The translations under genes and the position numbers were made by a program. From an uncultured delta proteobacterium (GTDB taxonomy: Bacteria > Desulfobacterota > Binatia > UBA9968): a DNA stretch of 64,000 nt. Where the stretch lies: positions 1 through 64,000 of the forward strand of contig CAVWLW010000076.1 in assembly GCA_963755715.1 (NCBI GenBank), read 5' to 3'. This document shows, one piece after another, positions 42,818 to 53,178 of this stretch; position 1 is the first letter of the stretch; every line of letters starts with the position of its first letter. The notes beneath the pieces are model-generated. The model saw only the letters and a list, made by a program, of their open reading frames with translations. It did not search any database and was not told where the DNA came from.

Positions 42818-43997
42818 CACTGACTCCTCAGCAGTAAATTCTTTCGGTGTGCGGCGCCAAGAGCGGAAGCGACGCCAGGCCATGGCCAAACCGGTCCAGA
42901 CGAGAAAACAGCCGCCGAGAGAGGCGAGTCCGGCGACGGTCTGGCCGGGCAAGCCGAACGCTTCGCCGGTGTGCAGCGCGCGCACCCAGGTGCGCAGCTT
43001 TCGCCCCGTACTGTTGTTGGCATAAGGCTCCCATTTCACGACGGCGCCGGTGGCGCGATTGAGCGTGAGTTGCGAGCGCTGAAATGGATGAAAGGCATCG
43101 GGTCCTTGTATCGAAGCGGTGACCGGCCCGTCGCCGTGCGGTTGAAAACGCAACATGATCATCACCCAACCCGGCACCTGCTCTTGTGCCCGCGCCAATA
43201 GAACCTCGAAGCTCGCCGCTGGAACAGCAGCGCGAGTTTCGTCGCGTTGGCCGCGCGCGCGTACTCCTTGAGCTGTGGGATCCACGGGCCCTTCGGCCCG
43301 GCGTGGTGGTTCGCTGCCCGTAAGCGTGTACAACAAGTCATTTGCCCAGGGATAGGACATGACCGCCGCGGTCAGCGTGAGCACAACCAGCACCGTTGAA
43401 GACCAAAATCCGATGACGTTGTGCCAGTTCCAGTCGCGCGCTTTGCCGCGCAAGCGGGTACTGAACAGCAAACTCATTTTGAATCCGCGCCATTGCCAGC
43501 TATGCGGCCACCAGAGATAGACGCCGGTGATCGCAAGCCAGAAGAAGGCGAGATTGCAGGCGCCGGTGATGGCGCGGCCGTGGCGCGGCCTTCGCCTTCG
43601 GTGCCGAGCCAGCGGTGCCAATCGACAACGTCGCGCAGAAAATTATGGGTCGGCCGACTGTCCGCCTAGGATCTCGCCGTTGTAGGGATTGACGAAGACG
43701 GTATTGTCGCGGCCAAGATTGACCGCCACCGATGCTGTGGGATCGGACTTGACCATAATCGCCGCCGGGCGCGCTATCGGGATTAGCCGCGCGGACTTTG
43801 GCGATGAGCTCGTCGTAACTCAAGCGTCTGGCGTCAGGACCGGGCACGACCCAGCGCGCGCTACGTTCCGAATAGTCGCTGATCTGGGGTTCGTACATGA
43901 GTACCACGCCGGTGAACGACATGATGAAGATCACCAAACCGGCGCTGACGCCGGCGAACAGGTGGCTCCAAAAAATTATTTTGTGTAGCAATTTCAT
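42800..43997 (-). CDS. PepSY-associated TM-helix protein (PiuB-like ferric reductase), frameshifted
   Basis: FWSHLFAG, DWHRWL, TGVYLWWP, WNWHNVIGFW, RALHTGE. Confidence 0.88.
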
Positions 43998-44019
43998 AAT
44001 CACTACTCTCCGTCTCAAA

Positions 44020-44565
44020 CTAACCGACCGTGCGGTTCTTGAGATCGCTGAATTCGGCGCGCAGCCAGTCGCGCAAAAGATCCTTTTCGTAGCGCAGGTA
44101 GTCTTCTCTCAGCCGCGAGTCCCGTCGTTGATAGTCGACGTCAGTCAACTCGCGTTTGCCTTCTTTGATGACCCGGCCGTTATCGTCGATAAGACGAAAT
44201 TCGAGGACGATGCGCGGCGGATAAATGCTCTTGATGATGCGCGTCTGATTGAATGGCACGCCAAGCCATGGCTCGAAGTCGCCCGCCAGTTTGACGTCCG
44301 TAACTTTGATCGACAGCTGCATCTCGGGCGGCAGCGCGCGCTCACCGGTTTCCTGCATGAACTTTGCGAGCGCGGCGAGCAGGCCGTGGGAATTGTGTTC
44401 CCATTCGGTGCGTCTTACGTCGGTAAATTTCTCCGGTTCGACGAAGGTGACAGAAACGCTCGAAACATGTTCCGGGGCTACAAATGGCGTGGCGCAACCC
44501 GATACGAACAAGGCGGCGATGATCAGCACTCGATAGATAGGGCGAGACAAAGAGCGCATTACCAT
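44020..44565 (-). CDS. DUF3016-like lipoprotein
   Basis: Lipobox VSGC; VTFVEPEKFTD; TDVKLAGDFEPW; YPPRI; LRYEKDLLRDW. Confidence 0.8.
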   Translation of the reverse strand: MVMRSLSRPIYRVLIIAALFVSGCATPFVAPEHVSSVSVTFVEPEKFTDVRRTEWEHNSHGLLAALAKFMQETGERALPPEMQLSIKVTDVKLAGDFEPWLGVPFNQTRIIKSIYPPRIVLEFRLIDDNGRVIKEGKRELTDVDYQRRDSRLREDYLRYEKDLLRDWLRAEFSDLKNRTVG

Positions 44566-45246
44566 TTATACCTCGGCGCAGCGCCTTAAAAGGTTGTGAT
44601 AACAATTGGTCAATTCCACGACGGCCGCATGGTTGGGCAAAGCTTGGTTGACTTTGTTGATGGCCATGTCGAGATCGAAAAGCAGAGTTCGCTGGCCGTC
44701 GTCACGCACCATACTCTGCACCCAGAAAAAAGCAGCCAGTCTGACACCGCGCGTCACCGGCGTCACATGATGAAGGCTACTCCCCGGGTAGACCACCATA
44801 TCCCCCGCAGGAAGTTTTACCGAGTGCGATCCATAAACGTCGTCGATGACTAGTTCCCCGCCGTCGTACTCATCGGGTTTGCTAAGGAAGAGTGTTGCAG
44901 AGATGTCGGTACGAATGCGGTAGGGCGTGCCGGGAATCTGCATGATAGAGTTATCCAAATGTATCCCGAACGTTTCGCCGCCTTCGTAGCGGTTAAAGAG
45001 CGGCGGAAAGACCCGGAGCGGCAACGCCGCTGTGATGAAGAGCGGGTTGCGCTCCAGCGCCGCCACAATCGTATCGCCGAGCTCCCGCGCCTCGGCGCTG
45101 GTATCCGTGATCTGCCGGTTTTTTTTGACAATACTCGATTGGTAGCCGGAGGTCGCCCGGCCGTCCACCCAGGCCGCGCGGCTCATGACCTCGCGGCAGT
45201 GGGCGACTTGTTCCGGGCTTAACACACTAGGAACCGTGACGATCAT
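44566..45246 (-). CDS. piuC: PKHD-type Fe(II)/2-oxoglutarate hydroxylase (PiuC/YbiX)
   Basis: [42 protein letters not shown]. Confidence 0.92.
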   Translation of the reverse strand: MIVTVPSVLSPEQVAHCREVMSRAAWVDGRATSGYQSSIVKKNRQITDTSAEARELGDTIVAALERNPLFITAALPLRVFPPLFNRYEGGETFGIHLDNSIMQIPGTPYRIRTDISATLFLSKPDEYDGGELVIDDVYGSHSVKLPAGDMVVYPGSSLHHVTPVTRGVRLAAFFWVQSMVRDDGQRTLLFDLDMAINKVNQALPNHAAVVELTNCYHNLLRRCAEV

Positions 45247-45258
45247 AGATGGGTATCC

Positions 45259-47452
45259 TCAGAATCTCGCGCTCACGCTGCCGATGAACGTGCGCCCGGC
45301 CCCCGGCACGCTGTGCGAAGGATGCACGGCCTCAATGAAGAACTGGTTGGTCATATTCAGAGCGTTGAAACGCAATTGAATTTTCTCCGTCAGATTGTAC
45401 GCGACCGTGGAATCCCAGCGGATGTAGCCGGGGACGCGGTTAATGTTGGCGTTATTGGCGTAGCGGCTGCTCACGTAGGTGGGCCCGCCGCCGATCTGCC
45501 ATTTCTCCAGGAAGTCGTAGGTGCTCCAGAAGTTGGCGCTATACTTGGGGATGTTTTGCGGGACTTTGCCTTTAAGGGGAATGGTGACTCCCTCCACTAC
45601 TTGAGTATCGTTCGACTTAAGGATCTCCGCGTCAAGATAGGTATAGCTCGCAAAGACGTTCCAGCCAGGGAGAATGCGGCCAACCAAACTCATCTCAAAT
45701 CCTCGCGATCGTTGTTTGCCGTCGAGCGCCTGAACGCCGGTTGCCGGGTCATTGGTGCGGGCATTGGTCTTTTCGATGTTGAATAGCGCCGATTGGAGAT
45801 TTAGCGCGCCCTGCAAGAAGCTCTAATTTTGCGCCGATCTCGAAGATCTCGTTTTTTTCCGGCGCCAGAGCCTCGTTGTTGGCGGCAAGCACCAACCCTT
45901 CGGCCGAGGGATTGAAGGATGTGCCATAGGAAAAGTAATAGCTTTGCGTCGGCCTGGGATGGAAAACCAACCCGCCGCGGTAGCTCATCAGATTATCCGT
46001 ATGCTCGAAATCTATCCCGCCCGGCAACCGGTTGTCTTGTTTAGCGCGGTAGTAGTCGTACCGGAGCCCGCCGACGATGTCGAAATATTCGCCCAGCCTG
46101 ATCTGGTCGGCACCATAAATACCGAAGCCGGTCGCCAGCGTGTCTTGCTTCACGTTGACCGTTTTGGCCGCCGGCAACTGGTTGTTATTAGGATCGGAGA
46201 GGGTCGTAGCGGGGCCGGCGCTTGCCCAACGAAGTTGATCGAAAGTTTCACGGCCCACCTCCAGGCCGGTGGTGAGTACGTGCTTGAAGCTGTAGGTATC
46301 GAATTTGGCGGTGAGATCCATCTGATTGCTGAGAATACTTTCTTGCGTATCTCGTTCCGGCCGACTCCTAGTGACGCCGGTCACGATGGCCGCGGGTCCA
46401 TTACAAGTAACGTTGCTGCATGTCACGGCGGGAATGCTGGGATCGGCATGGCGGTCGATATGGCTGTAGCGCAGCACGTTGCGCAGGCTTATCTGATCAT
46501 TGAAGGCGTGGTTGATGATGCCCGTGCCAATATTGGTAAATGTTTTTTCAAAGTCGCTTTTGGTCAGCCCGTACCACGTGTCGCGGTCAACGCGCACCGG
46601 CTTGCCGTGGAGAAAGGGCAATCCATCGTCCGGGATATTGTCCTCGTGCTGACCGAAGTAACTCACGGTCGCCTGTGTCGGTGTGCCCAGACCGTAGGTA
46701 AATGAAGGTGCGATGCCTTGGCGCGACCCTTCGACATGATTGCGCTCCACGATATCGGCTCGCTGCGCCATGAAGTTCAAGCGCAGAGCGGAGTTTTCCC
46801 AAAGAGGCTGATTGAAATCTCCCGTGCCCCGGAAGTACGTGCCACTGCCGCCGTTGAACACGCCGCTGTACAGAGATTCGGATAGCGGCATCTTGCTCAC
46901 CTGGTTGATGATGCCGCCGGTGGAGCCGCGACCGAAATAGCTGGAAGAGGGTCCCTTGATAACTTCGACGGACTGGATATTGAAGACGTCGCGAAAATAG
47001 GATCCTTGATCGCGGACACCGTCGATGAACATGTCATTGCGCGCGTTGAAGCCGCGCAGCGTGAAGCCGTCTCCCTGCGAGCCGCCGGCTTCGCCTGCGG
47101 TAATGCCGATGCCGGAGACGTTGCGCAGCGCGTCGCGCAGGGTGGTGCCGCCCTGCTCCTGGATTAACTTGTCCGGCACGACGATAACCGCTTGAGGCGT
47201 GTCTTGCAGCGGCACGGCAAATTTCGGCAGCGAAGACTGCGGCACGACATAGGGGCTATTTTGTTCTTGCACTACCACCGGCGGCAGGTTGATAGGTTCC
47301 TCTTTCTTGGGCTCCGCAGCGAAGGCGTTGCTGGCCAGAGCGAAAGAAAAAGCCACCGCCCGGCTGACGCCTTCGCCGGCCGCAAGACACATTTTTTGCA
47401 AAGCTGTCTTGTTTTGTTTTCTATCGTTGGCGCGTTTTTGTTGTCGACTCAT
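45259..47452 (-). CDS. TonB-dependent siderophore receptor (Fiu/PiuA-like); frameshift near 45815
   Basis: DTPQAV..LRNVSGI..GEAGG..LRGF..DGVRD..EVIKGPSS..GRGSTGG plug domain; C-terminal Phe. Confidence 0.93.
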
Positions 47453-47478
47453 GCATTCCTCCAATGAAGTATATTTTT

Positions 47479-47517
47479 GCTGGCTGGCATGAGTCGGCTC
47501 ATACTCTGGCTGGCTGG
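47479..47517 (-). promoter_or_regulatory. Putative HemP/HmuP-responsive RNA element in the receptor leader
   Basis: mRNA sense CCAGCCAGCCAG-agt-AUGAG-ccga-CUCAU-g-CCAGCCAGC, between the hemP stop and the receptor RBS. Confidence 0.6.
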
Positions 47518-47528
47518 GTTGGTAAGTT

Positions 47529-47720
47529 TTATTTCGTCAAAATAAGCTTGCCGTTTCGCGTAATGCGCAAGTTGTATTCCTGATTCTGATGCACGATGAC
47601 GATCTCGCTGTTGCCTTGAAAAAGGTGGTTGCTTTCGATGCGCGGTTTGGGGCTAGTCGAAGCGGACGCGATCGCGCCGCCCGGTCGTTTCATCGCATAA
47701 TCCATAAGTATCTCTCTCAT
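47529..47720 (-). CDS. hemP: Hemin uptake protein HemP/HmuP
   Basis: IESNHLFQGNSEIVIVHQNQEYNLRITRNGKLILTK signature. Confidence 0.92.
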   Translation of the reverse strand: MREILMDYAMKRPGGAIASASTSPKPRIESNHLFQGNSEIVIVHQNQEYNLRITRNGKLILTK

Positions 47721-47728
47721 CGGTTTTC

Positions 47729-48550
47729 CTAGCGAAGCTCGAACTTCACCGGCAACATTACCCATACCGCCACCGCTTCCTTGCCCCTGCGAGCCGGTTC
47801 GAAGAGCCATTTTTTTACGGCGTCCATCGCGGAGAGATCGAGCTCGCGAAAGCCGGCGGATTGCTCCACGATGACGTCTGAGACCCGGCCGTTTTCCAGC
47901 ACGCGCACGCGGAGCGTGGTCACGCCCTGCGCGCCCGCTCTGCGCGCCGACTCCGGATAGCGCGGCTTAACCTGATAGCCGCCGAGCGGCCGGGCAACGC
48001 TTGAAAGCCCTTCGCCGGAACCGCCGCCGCCGGTGCCGTCGCCCTTGGCGCCTCGTCCCAGACCCGCGCTGCCAGTGCCGCCACCGCCGCCTTCGAGGCT
48101 GCTGCCGCCGATTACAGCTGTGTCGCCTTTGCCGAAAAGATTGCCGGCACCGGCGGCGCTGCCTTCGGCTTCGCTTGCTTTGGATCCGAGATTCCAGCCT
48201 GCGTTGGCCGAGCCTTTGTTGTCCGACAATGACGGCGGCGGCGCCGGCTCGATCGGCTTTTCTTTGATTTCTGCTTTAGAATTTCCCAGCGGCGGCACGG
48301 GCTTGGTCTCAAGCGTCGGCTTGGAAAGAAGTTTCGGCGCGGTAATATTTTTTGGCTTTGGCGCCGGCGGAGGCGGTGGCGCGACTTCGATTTTCTTCGG
48401 CTCCTCGACGCGCGGCACGTCGACGAGCTCGATGGGCACCATGGCGGGTTTGATCGGTTTGGCGTGCATTACTAATGCCGCCAGCGGAATGATCCCCAAA
48501 TGAATCAACGATGACGCAGTAAATGACGATACCAACCAGCGCTCGTTCAT
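47729..48550 (-). CDS. tonB: Energy transducer TonB
   Basis: N-terminal SxxxH TM helix, Pro/Lys-rich linker, PRYPESARRAG..G, WLFEPA. Confidence 0.93.
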   Translation of the reverse strand: MNERWLVSSFTASSLIHLGIIPLAALVMHAKPIKPAMVPIELVDVPRVEEPKKIEVAPPPPPAPKPKNITAPKLLSKPTLETKPVPPLGNSKAEIKEKPIEPAPPPSLSDNKGSANAGWNLGSKASEAEGSAAGAGNLFGKGDTAVIGGSSLEGGGGGTGSAGLGRGAKGDGTGGGGSGEGLSSVARPLGGYQVKPRYPESARRAGAQGVTTLRVRVLENGRVSDVIVEQSAGFRELDLSAMDAVKKWLFEPARRGKEAVAVWVMLPVKFELR

Positions 48551-48960
48551 TTTTTCTGCTCCTTTGGTTTGACCGCGATCGCCATCTTGGCGACGTTGGC
48601 GCTGCGCGCGATGTCCATGACTTCGACGACATGGCCATGCTCGACGCCGTCGTCGGCATTGATCACGACCAAAAGCTCGGGATTTTTGGCGATTAGCCCG
48701 CCCAATCGGTCCGCTAAAGAGGTTTTCTCGACGGGCTGTTTATCGAGAAAGATCTGGTGTTCTTTATTGATCGTGATGGCCGCACTCTCGGCCGGCGCTT
48801 GCTGGCCAGAAGCGGCTTTGGGCAGATTGACCGGCATGCCTTTGAATTGCGTCATCGACAAAGTCGAGATCATGAAAAAGACCAGCAGGAAGAAGATCGT
48901 ATCGATCATCGGGATGATCTCGATGCGCGCTTTTTTTATGCTGCGGCGTTGAATGCGCAT
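48547..48960 (-). CDS. exbD: ExbD/TolR
   Basis: IEIIPMIDTIFFLLVFFM; VNLPKA; INAD; VVEVMD. Confidence 0.93.
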   Translation of the reverse strand: MRIQRRSIKKARIEIIPMIDTIFFLLVFFMISTLSMTQFKGMPVNLPKAASGQQAPAESAAITINKEHQIFLDKQPVEKTSLADRLGGLIAKNPELLVVINADDGVEHGHVVEVMDIARSANVAKMAIAVKPKEQKK

Positions 48961-49568
48961 CAGTGTTTCCCCGCTTGGACGTGCAACTGCAATTCGAGCG
49001 ACGAGCTGAAATGTTCCATCTGGTCCATTTCCCGTTCCGCCCGCGCGGTGAAGTAGTTGTAGGAGACAAGGGTCAGGATCGCGATCAACAAGCCGGTGGC
49101 CGTGGCGATCAAAGCTTCGGCGACGCCGCCGGTAACGGCGTGAGGTTGCCCGATGCCCACATCGGCCATGACGTCGAAGGAGCCGATCATGCCAACCACC
49201 GTACCGAGCAAGCCGAGCAGCGGCGCGAGCGTGACGATCGTGTCGAGCACGCCGAGACGTCTTTTCAGCACCGGGATCTCGGCCTGGGCAGCCGCTTCCA
49301 TCGCCTTCGCCGGCGCGGGATTGCGGTGCGCAATGCCAGCGGCCATGACTCGCGCGATCGGTTGCTGCGAGGTTTTTCCCAGCTTCAAGGCTTGGTCGAA
49401 TTCGCCCTGCTCGACGTGCGTCAAAATTTCGCGGAGCACCTCTCGCGATTTCAGTTTCGCCCAAAACAAGATTCGCTCGATGGTGAGAGCGAGCGAGATT
49501 AAAGAACAAATCAGGAGCGGTATCATGACGATCCCACCCTTGACGATGACGGCAACGACCTGCGCCAT
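48960..49568 (-). CDS. exbB: ExbB/TolQ
   Basis: LAPLLGLLGTVVGMI; GGVAEALIATATGL. Confidence 0.93.
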   Translation of the reverse strand: MAQVVAVIVKGGIVMIPLLICSLISLALTIERILFWAKLKSREVLREILTHVEQGEFDQALKLGKTSQQPIARVMAAGIAHRNPAPAKAMEAAAQAEIPVLKRRLGVLDTIVTLAPLLGLLGTVVGMIGSFDVMADVGIGQPHAVTGGVAEALIATATGLLIAILTLVSYNYFTARAEREMDQMEHFSSSLELQLHVQAGKH

Positions 49569-49570
49569 GA

Positions 49571-49771
49571 CTAGTGCACCGATCCTTTCTTGACTTCTGC
49601 GTCGAGTCGCTCGACGCTGTCCGCCACGCTCTGCAACGCCAGCCCCAGGGCGCGCAAATCATCGAGGGAGATATGCAGCACACAATTGCCGTAATGAAAG
49701 TGGACGGTATCTCGACTGCAGTTGCACAGAGAGACCGACCATTTGCCTTCGCGCGATTTGATTCCATCCAT
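49571..49771 (-). CDS. Small Cys/His-containing hypothetical protein, first gene of the exbB operon
   Basis: RBS GGAGG; MDGIKSREGKWSVSLCNCSRDTVHFHYGNCVLHI...; stop 2 nt before exbB. Confidence 0.65.
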   Translation of the reverse strand: MDGIKSREGKWSVSLCNCSRDTVHFHYGNCVLHISLDDLRALGLALQSVADSVERLDAEVKKGSVH

Positions 49772-49784
49772 TTTGACCTCCAAT

Positions 49785-49829
49785 AAAAAAGCCCGAAGTC
49801 CCGCCGATTGTTCCGGCGCGCATCGGGCT
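49785..49829 (-). terminator. Intrinsic terminator/attenuator in the exbB operon leader
   Basis: mRNA AGCCCGA..CGCCG-loop-CGGCG..UCGGGCU-UUUUU immediately before the RBS. Confidence 0.7.
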
Positions 49830-49855
49830 CTGGATTCATGACCGCTGGCCGCTGA
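49820..49855 (-). promoter_or_regulatory. Conserved 36-nt leader element, copy 1
   Basis: UCAGCGGCCAGCGGUCAUGAAUCCAGAGCCCGAUGC; 31/36 identical to 53319-53354. Confidence 0.7.
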
Positions 49856-49862
49856 CTTATTT

Positions 49863-49891
49863 CGTATATTAAAATGAAAATTAGTTGTCAA
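49863..49891 (-). promoter_or_regulatory. Sigma70 promoter of the exbB-tonB-piu operon
   Basis: TTGACA-N17-TATACG; the spacer overlaps an imperfect Fur-like TGAAAAT..TCA. Confidence 0.65.
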
Positions 49892-49906
49892 CACTAATAA
49901 AAAAGA

Positions 49907-49920
49907 TTAGTCTATACGAA
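49907..49920. promoter_or_regulatory. Putative DtxR-family operator, copy 1
   Basis: Minus strand TTCGTATAGACTAA, 12/14 identical to TTCGTATAGGCGAA at 58188. Confidence 0.45.
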
Positions 49921-49948
49921 AGACTGGGCAAAAGGGCTCTAATCAGAG

Positions 49949-50128
49949 TCAGCTAGTCGGTTTCGACACGGTTGGTCGGTCGGTTGCGGCCAACAACGGA
50001 ATGACCCACCGTCTTTTACAGCGACGACACTTGAGCTCCACTCCATCTGGCACTAAACGGGCCAGGAGATTGCCGCATTGACAGCGTAACGGCTCAGCGG
50101 GCGATTTTTTGGCGGCTTCTTTTTCCAT
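49949..50128 (-). CDS. Com-like (Mu Com family) zinc-ribbon protein, copy 1
   Basis: LRCQCGNLLARLVPDGVELKCRRCKR. Confidence 0.8.
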   Translation of the reverse strand: MEKEAAKKSPAEPLRCQCGNLLARLVPDGVELKCRRCKRRWVIPLLAATDRPTVSKPTS

Positions 50129-50189
50129 CGAAAAACCAAGTAAATTTTCACGTTTGCTTCGACCGTGGCAGCAAGCAGACGCGAGCGAA

Positions 50190-50750
50190 TCAGGCGCGAT
50201 TACGGCGGAACTCTTTGTCTCGATGCCTTGCAGCCCTGCTGCGGGCGCTGTTCGAGGGCTTCTCAAGCTCGAGCAGCTTGGCGGTCCAGCCCCGCCCCGC
50301 CAGAATATGGGCGCAGAGAAGCGGCAAAGCGATCAGACCGATCACCCAATGGATCGTGCTGCTAAATTCGCGCACGGCGTCATCGCTCACGTAGTAGAGC
50401 AGCCAGCCGGATAGCACCAGCACGCCGTTCAGCGCGATCATCGTGAAGCCTGACAGACGGTTTGCCTTCAGAGCGGTGCCGCGCCGGATATGCGCGATGA
50501 GCGTGCCCAACAGCGCGAGGTAGACAAGCATGGTTGCGCCGTGAACTTTCATGCTGATCGTTTGCAGCAAAGTTCGCGCTACGCCAAGCTCCGGATCCTT
50601 GAACCACTCGATAAGCAGCCACAAGCTTCCACTGCCCCACAAAACGCCGAATACAATATAGAAGAGCCGGCGGTGCCAAGGTTCGAGCCGCACCTTCTCC
50701 CGCAGCAAGGCGACGATCTTGGCGGTGCGATCAGTGGCTTTATCGCTCAT
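50190..50750 (-). CDS. Membrane protein with four TM His residues (cytochrome b-like), ApbE-associated
   Basis: Four hydrophobic helices; KVHG, AHIRRG, TIHW, AHIL. Confidence 0.7.
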   Translation of the reverse strand: MSDKATDRTAKIVALLREKVRLEPWHRRLFYIVFGVLWGSGSLWLLIEWFKDPELGVARTLLQTISMKVHGATMLVYLALLGTLIAHIRRGTALKANRLSGFTMIALNGVLVLSGWLLYYVSDDAVREFSSTIHWVIGLIALPLLCAHILAGRGWTAKLLELEKPSNSARSRAARHRDKEFRRNRA

Positions 50751-50766
50751 TGGATCTCGATCCCAC

Positions 50767-51696
50767 TCAGATTATCTCCTGCATCTGAGCGGGCCTAAAC
50801 CGCGGTGGATTCCCGAGGCTTCGCCGTCGCGCCGATTGCGCAATGCAACGAACACCGCGCCCGTCGATGATAATCGCTTGTGCGCCGAATTGCGGCAAAA
50901 TTTTTGCCGCGCGCCGCGGCGCCAGACGAACGACCTTGGTGAGCGCATCGGCAATCAGGCAACGCGGTGCGACGACGGTGACGCTCTGTTGCCAACGCAT
51001 TGTGGTGTTTCGTCGCGGATCGACCAGTGGATCGGTGCTATCGCCATCTTCGCGGCGCTCGGTAAAGCAGCCGCTGGAGCTTGCGACCGCCGCGTCTGTG
51101 AGAGTGCCAAGAGAAAATAATCGCGACGCATCTTCGGGGTGACGAATATGGATTGGCTGAGGGGCGCCGAAGGCGTAGAGATCGCCACCGGCGTTCACAA
51201 TGCCGCTGTCGACGCCGTTGCATTTGAGCGTTGCAGCCGCTCGATCGACCGCATAGCCTTTGGCAATCCCGCCAAGATCAATCCAGGCGCGGCGTCGTAA
51301 CAGCACGCGATTGTCGGAAAGCAAACTCAGGTCGCGGAAATTGGCTTCTTCAGACGGCCATTCAGCATCTTCCGGCTTGGGCAAAAACCCCGCAGCGACG
51401 AGCTTGCCTCCGACCGTGATGTCGAACGCTCCGTCGGAGAGCGCGCTGATTTTTTGCGCCCAGGAAAGGACTTCATAGGTTCTCGGGTCAACTTGCTGCG
51501 CAGTCAGAAGCGGCGCGCGATTGAGGCGCGCTATATCGCTGTCGGTTTCGTGAAAACTCATCAGCCGATGGATGATTTCAATTTCACGAAAAGCCGCCTC
51601 GATGGCCGGCGCGGCGTTCTCGCCTGCGGCACCGACTTCGACGAGCGTACCCAGCAAGGGCCGGGCGCGGCGTATTTCATTTGAAAGCGACTTCAT
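50767..51696 (-). CDS. apbE: FAD:protein FMN transferase
   Basis: RPLLGTLV, GAFDIT, DLGGIAKGYAVD, VNAGGD, ADALTK. Confidence 0.93.
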   Translation of the reverse strand: MKSLSNEIRRARPLLGTLVEVGAAGENAAPAIEAAFREIEIIHRLMSFHETDSDIARLNRAPLLTAQQVDPRTYEVLSWAQKISALSDGAFDITVGGKLVAAGFLPKPEDAEWPSEEANFRDLSLLSDNRVLLRRRAWIDLGGIAKGYAVDRAAATLKCNGVDSGIVNAGGDLYAFGAPQPIHIRHPEDASRLFSLGTLTDAAVASSSGCFTERREDGDSTDPLVDPRRNTTMRWQQSVTVVAPRCLIADALTKVVRLAPRRAAKILPQFGAQAIIIDGRGVRCIAQSARRRSLGNPPRFRPAQMQEII

Positions 51697-52208
51697 AGGT
51701 TGCCAAAACCCGTTTCACGCCGTCGGCGATGTGGCGGCACGAGAGCGTCGCGCCGCTGATGTTCTTGATGTCTTTATTGAGTTTGAGCGGCGCCGCCGCG
51801 TTCTTGCCGACAAACTGCGCGCGCCAGTCGGCGTTGCGCACTTCGTAGCCGTAGCTTTCCCGATAGGTCAGGATCTCGATTTGCTTAACCGTGCCGTCAG
51901 GCGTTGAGGCCGACGGCGTAGGTGATGAATTCGTGTTTGCCCACCACCTCGTCGACTACGAAGAAGCCGCCGTTGGCCACTTTCCACAATTGTATTTCTT
52001 TGTGCCTGACGTTGGCGTCGCTGCGCCGCGCAATTTCACGCGCCTGCTCGTTAGTGAGCGTGATATTAGCCGGCGCGAGTTTTTCCCCAGGGAAAATCGC
52101 TTGTTGTGCTTGCTCCACGGTCAGATAAGTGGCGCCATACGCGGCTGGGGCCAGTATGGCGATGGGGATCTGTGCCGCCGGTAGCCATATCCATTTCGAG
52201 GTACGCAT
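51677..52208 (-). CDS. FMN-binding (flavinylated) protein; frameshift near 51900
   Basis: VVGKHEFITYAVG, then EILTYRESYGYEV and IKNISGATLSCRH (SGAT flavinylation motif). Confidence 0.88.
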
Positions 52209-52300
52209 AGCTATCCCTTACTAAGTGAAGCCGAAAGCGTCATTGCGGCGCGGATAAAAATCCGTAAGCATTGGCGTCTGCCCCGGAAGAATGCCGCTCT

Positions 52301-53178
52301 CTAAAACACCCATGCAACCTTGAGACGAAATTCGTATCGTTCGTGCTCTTCCAATTCCAGGTTGCGGGTTCGTCCCGGTGTAGGCGGCGTGCCAGCCACC
52401 TGGTTCAAGAAGGTGAAAGTGAACCACCATTTTTCTGCGGCGTAGTGGATATTCGGCCCGAGAAAAAAAGCGCCCTCCTGGGGACCTTTAAATTCAGGAT
52501 ATGCCGCATGATAGCGGCCCTCGAGACCGACAAACCACTTTGGTGCGAAGCGATAGGAAATGCCCAAGGTATGCTCTACCTCCAGCTCTCTTTCACGCTC
52601 TCCGCTGGATTTGAACTTCGCCCACTCGGGCTCCAATGTCAGATTGTAGCCGAGGGCCAGTTGATCGTCGAAGAAGTTTTTTTGCAAAATAATTTTGCTC
52701 TCCAAGCCGAACTGATCCATGCGCTCGCCGGAGACCCTGTCAATTCGCGAATAGGACGGTTCCAAATACAGAGATAGTCCGAAAAGATCTTTGTAGACGC
52801 TCAACAGGTTGTACTTGAAGGCGAAATTCACGCCATTAAACTCGAGCCCACGAGAAATGTCGCGGTCCGGATCGTCTTCGAGGGCGCCGCCGGAGATCTG
52901 GTGGGACCGGCCTTTCAGATAAAAAGACGCCTGAAAACGGTCCGTGAAACCGTGTTCCAACTCGAGCATCTCATCCCAACCTCGGTATGTGCCTTTACCT
53001 TTGCTAGCACGAAGGGTGAGCCAATTATAAAGTTCGGTGCCGCCCTTTGGCAGGGTATCGGTACCATAAAGATAACCCCAGAGATTTTCATCGGCGTGAG
53101 CCGGCGGCAGAAAAAACAGCGCGGCGATCCACAGCACCGCCGCCAGCGCTAGGGGAAATCAAATGATCGAAAAAACAT
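52301..53178 (-). CDS. Outer-membrane beta-barrel/putative porin (DUF6662-like); indel in signal peptide
   Basis: RBS AAGGAG; AHA|DENLWGY..TDTLPKG; amphipathic strands; C-terminal Phe. Confidence 0.75.

Noticed and set aside
49872-49891. Canonical Fur box
   Set aside because: The TGA-N10-TCA spacing is one base longer than the 7-1-7 consensus; recorded only as imperfect.
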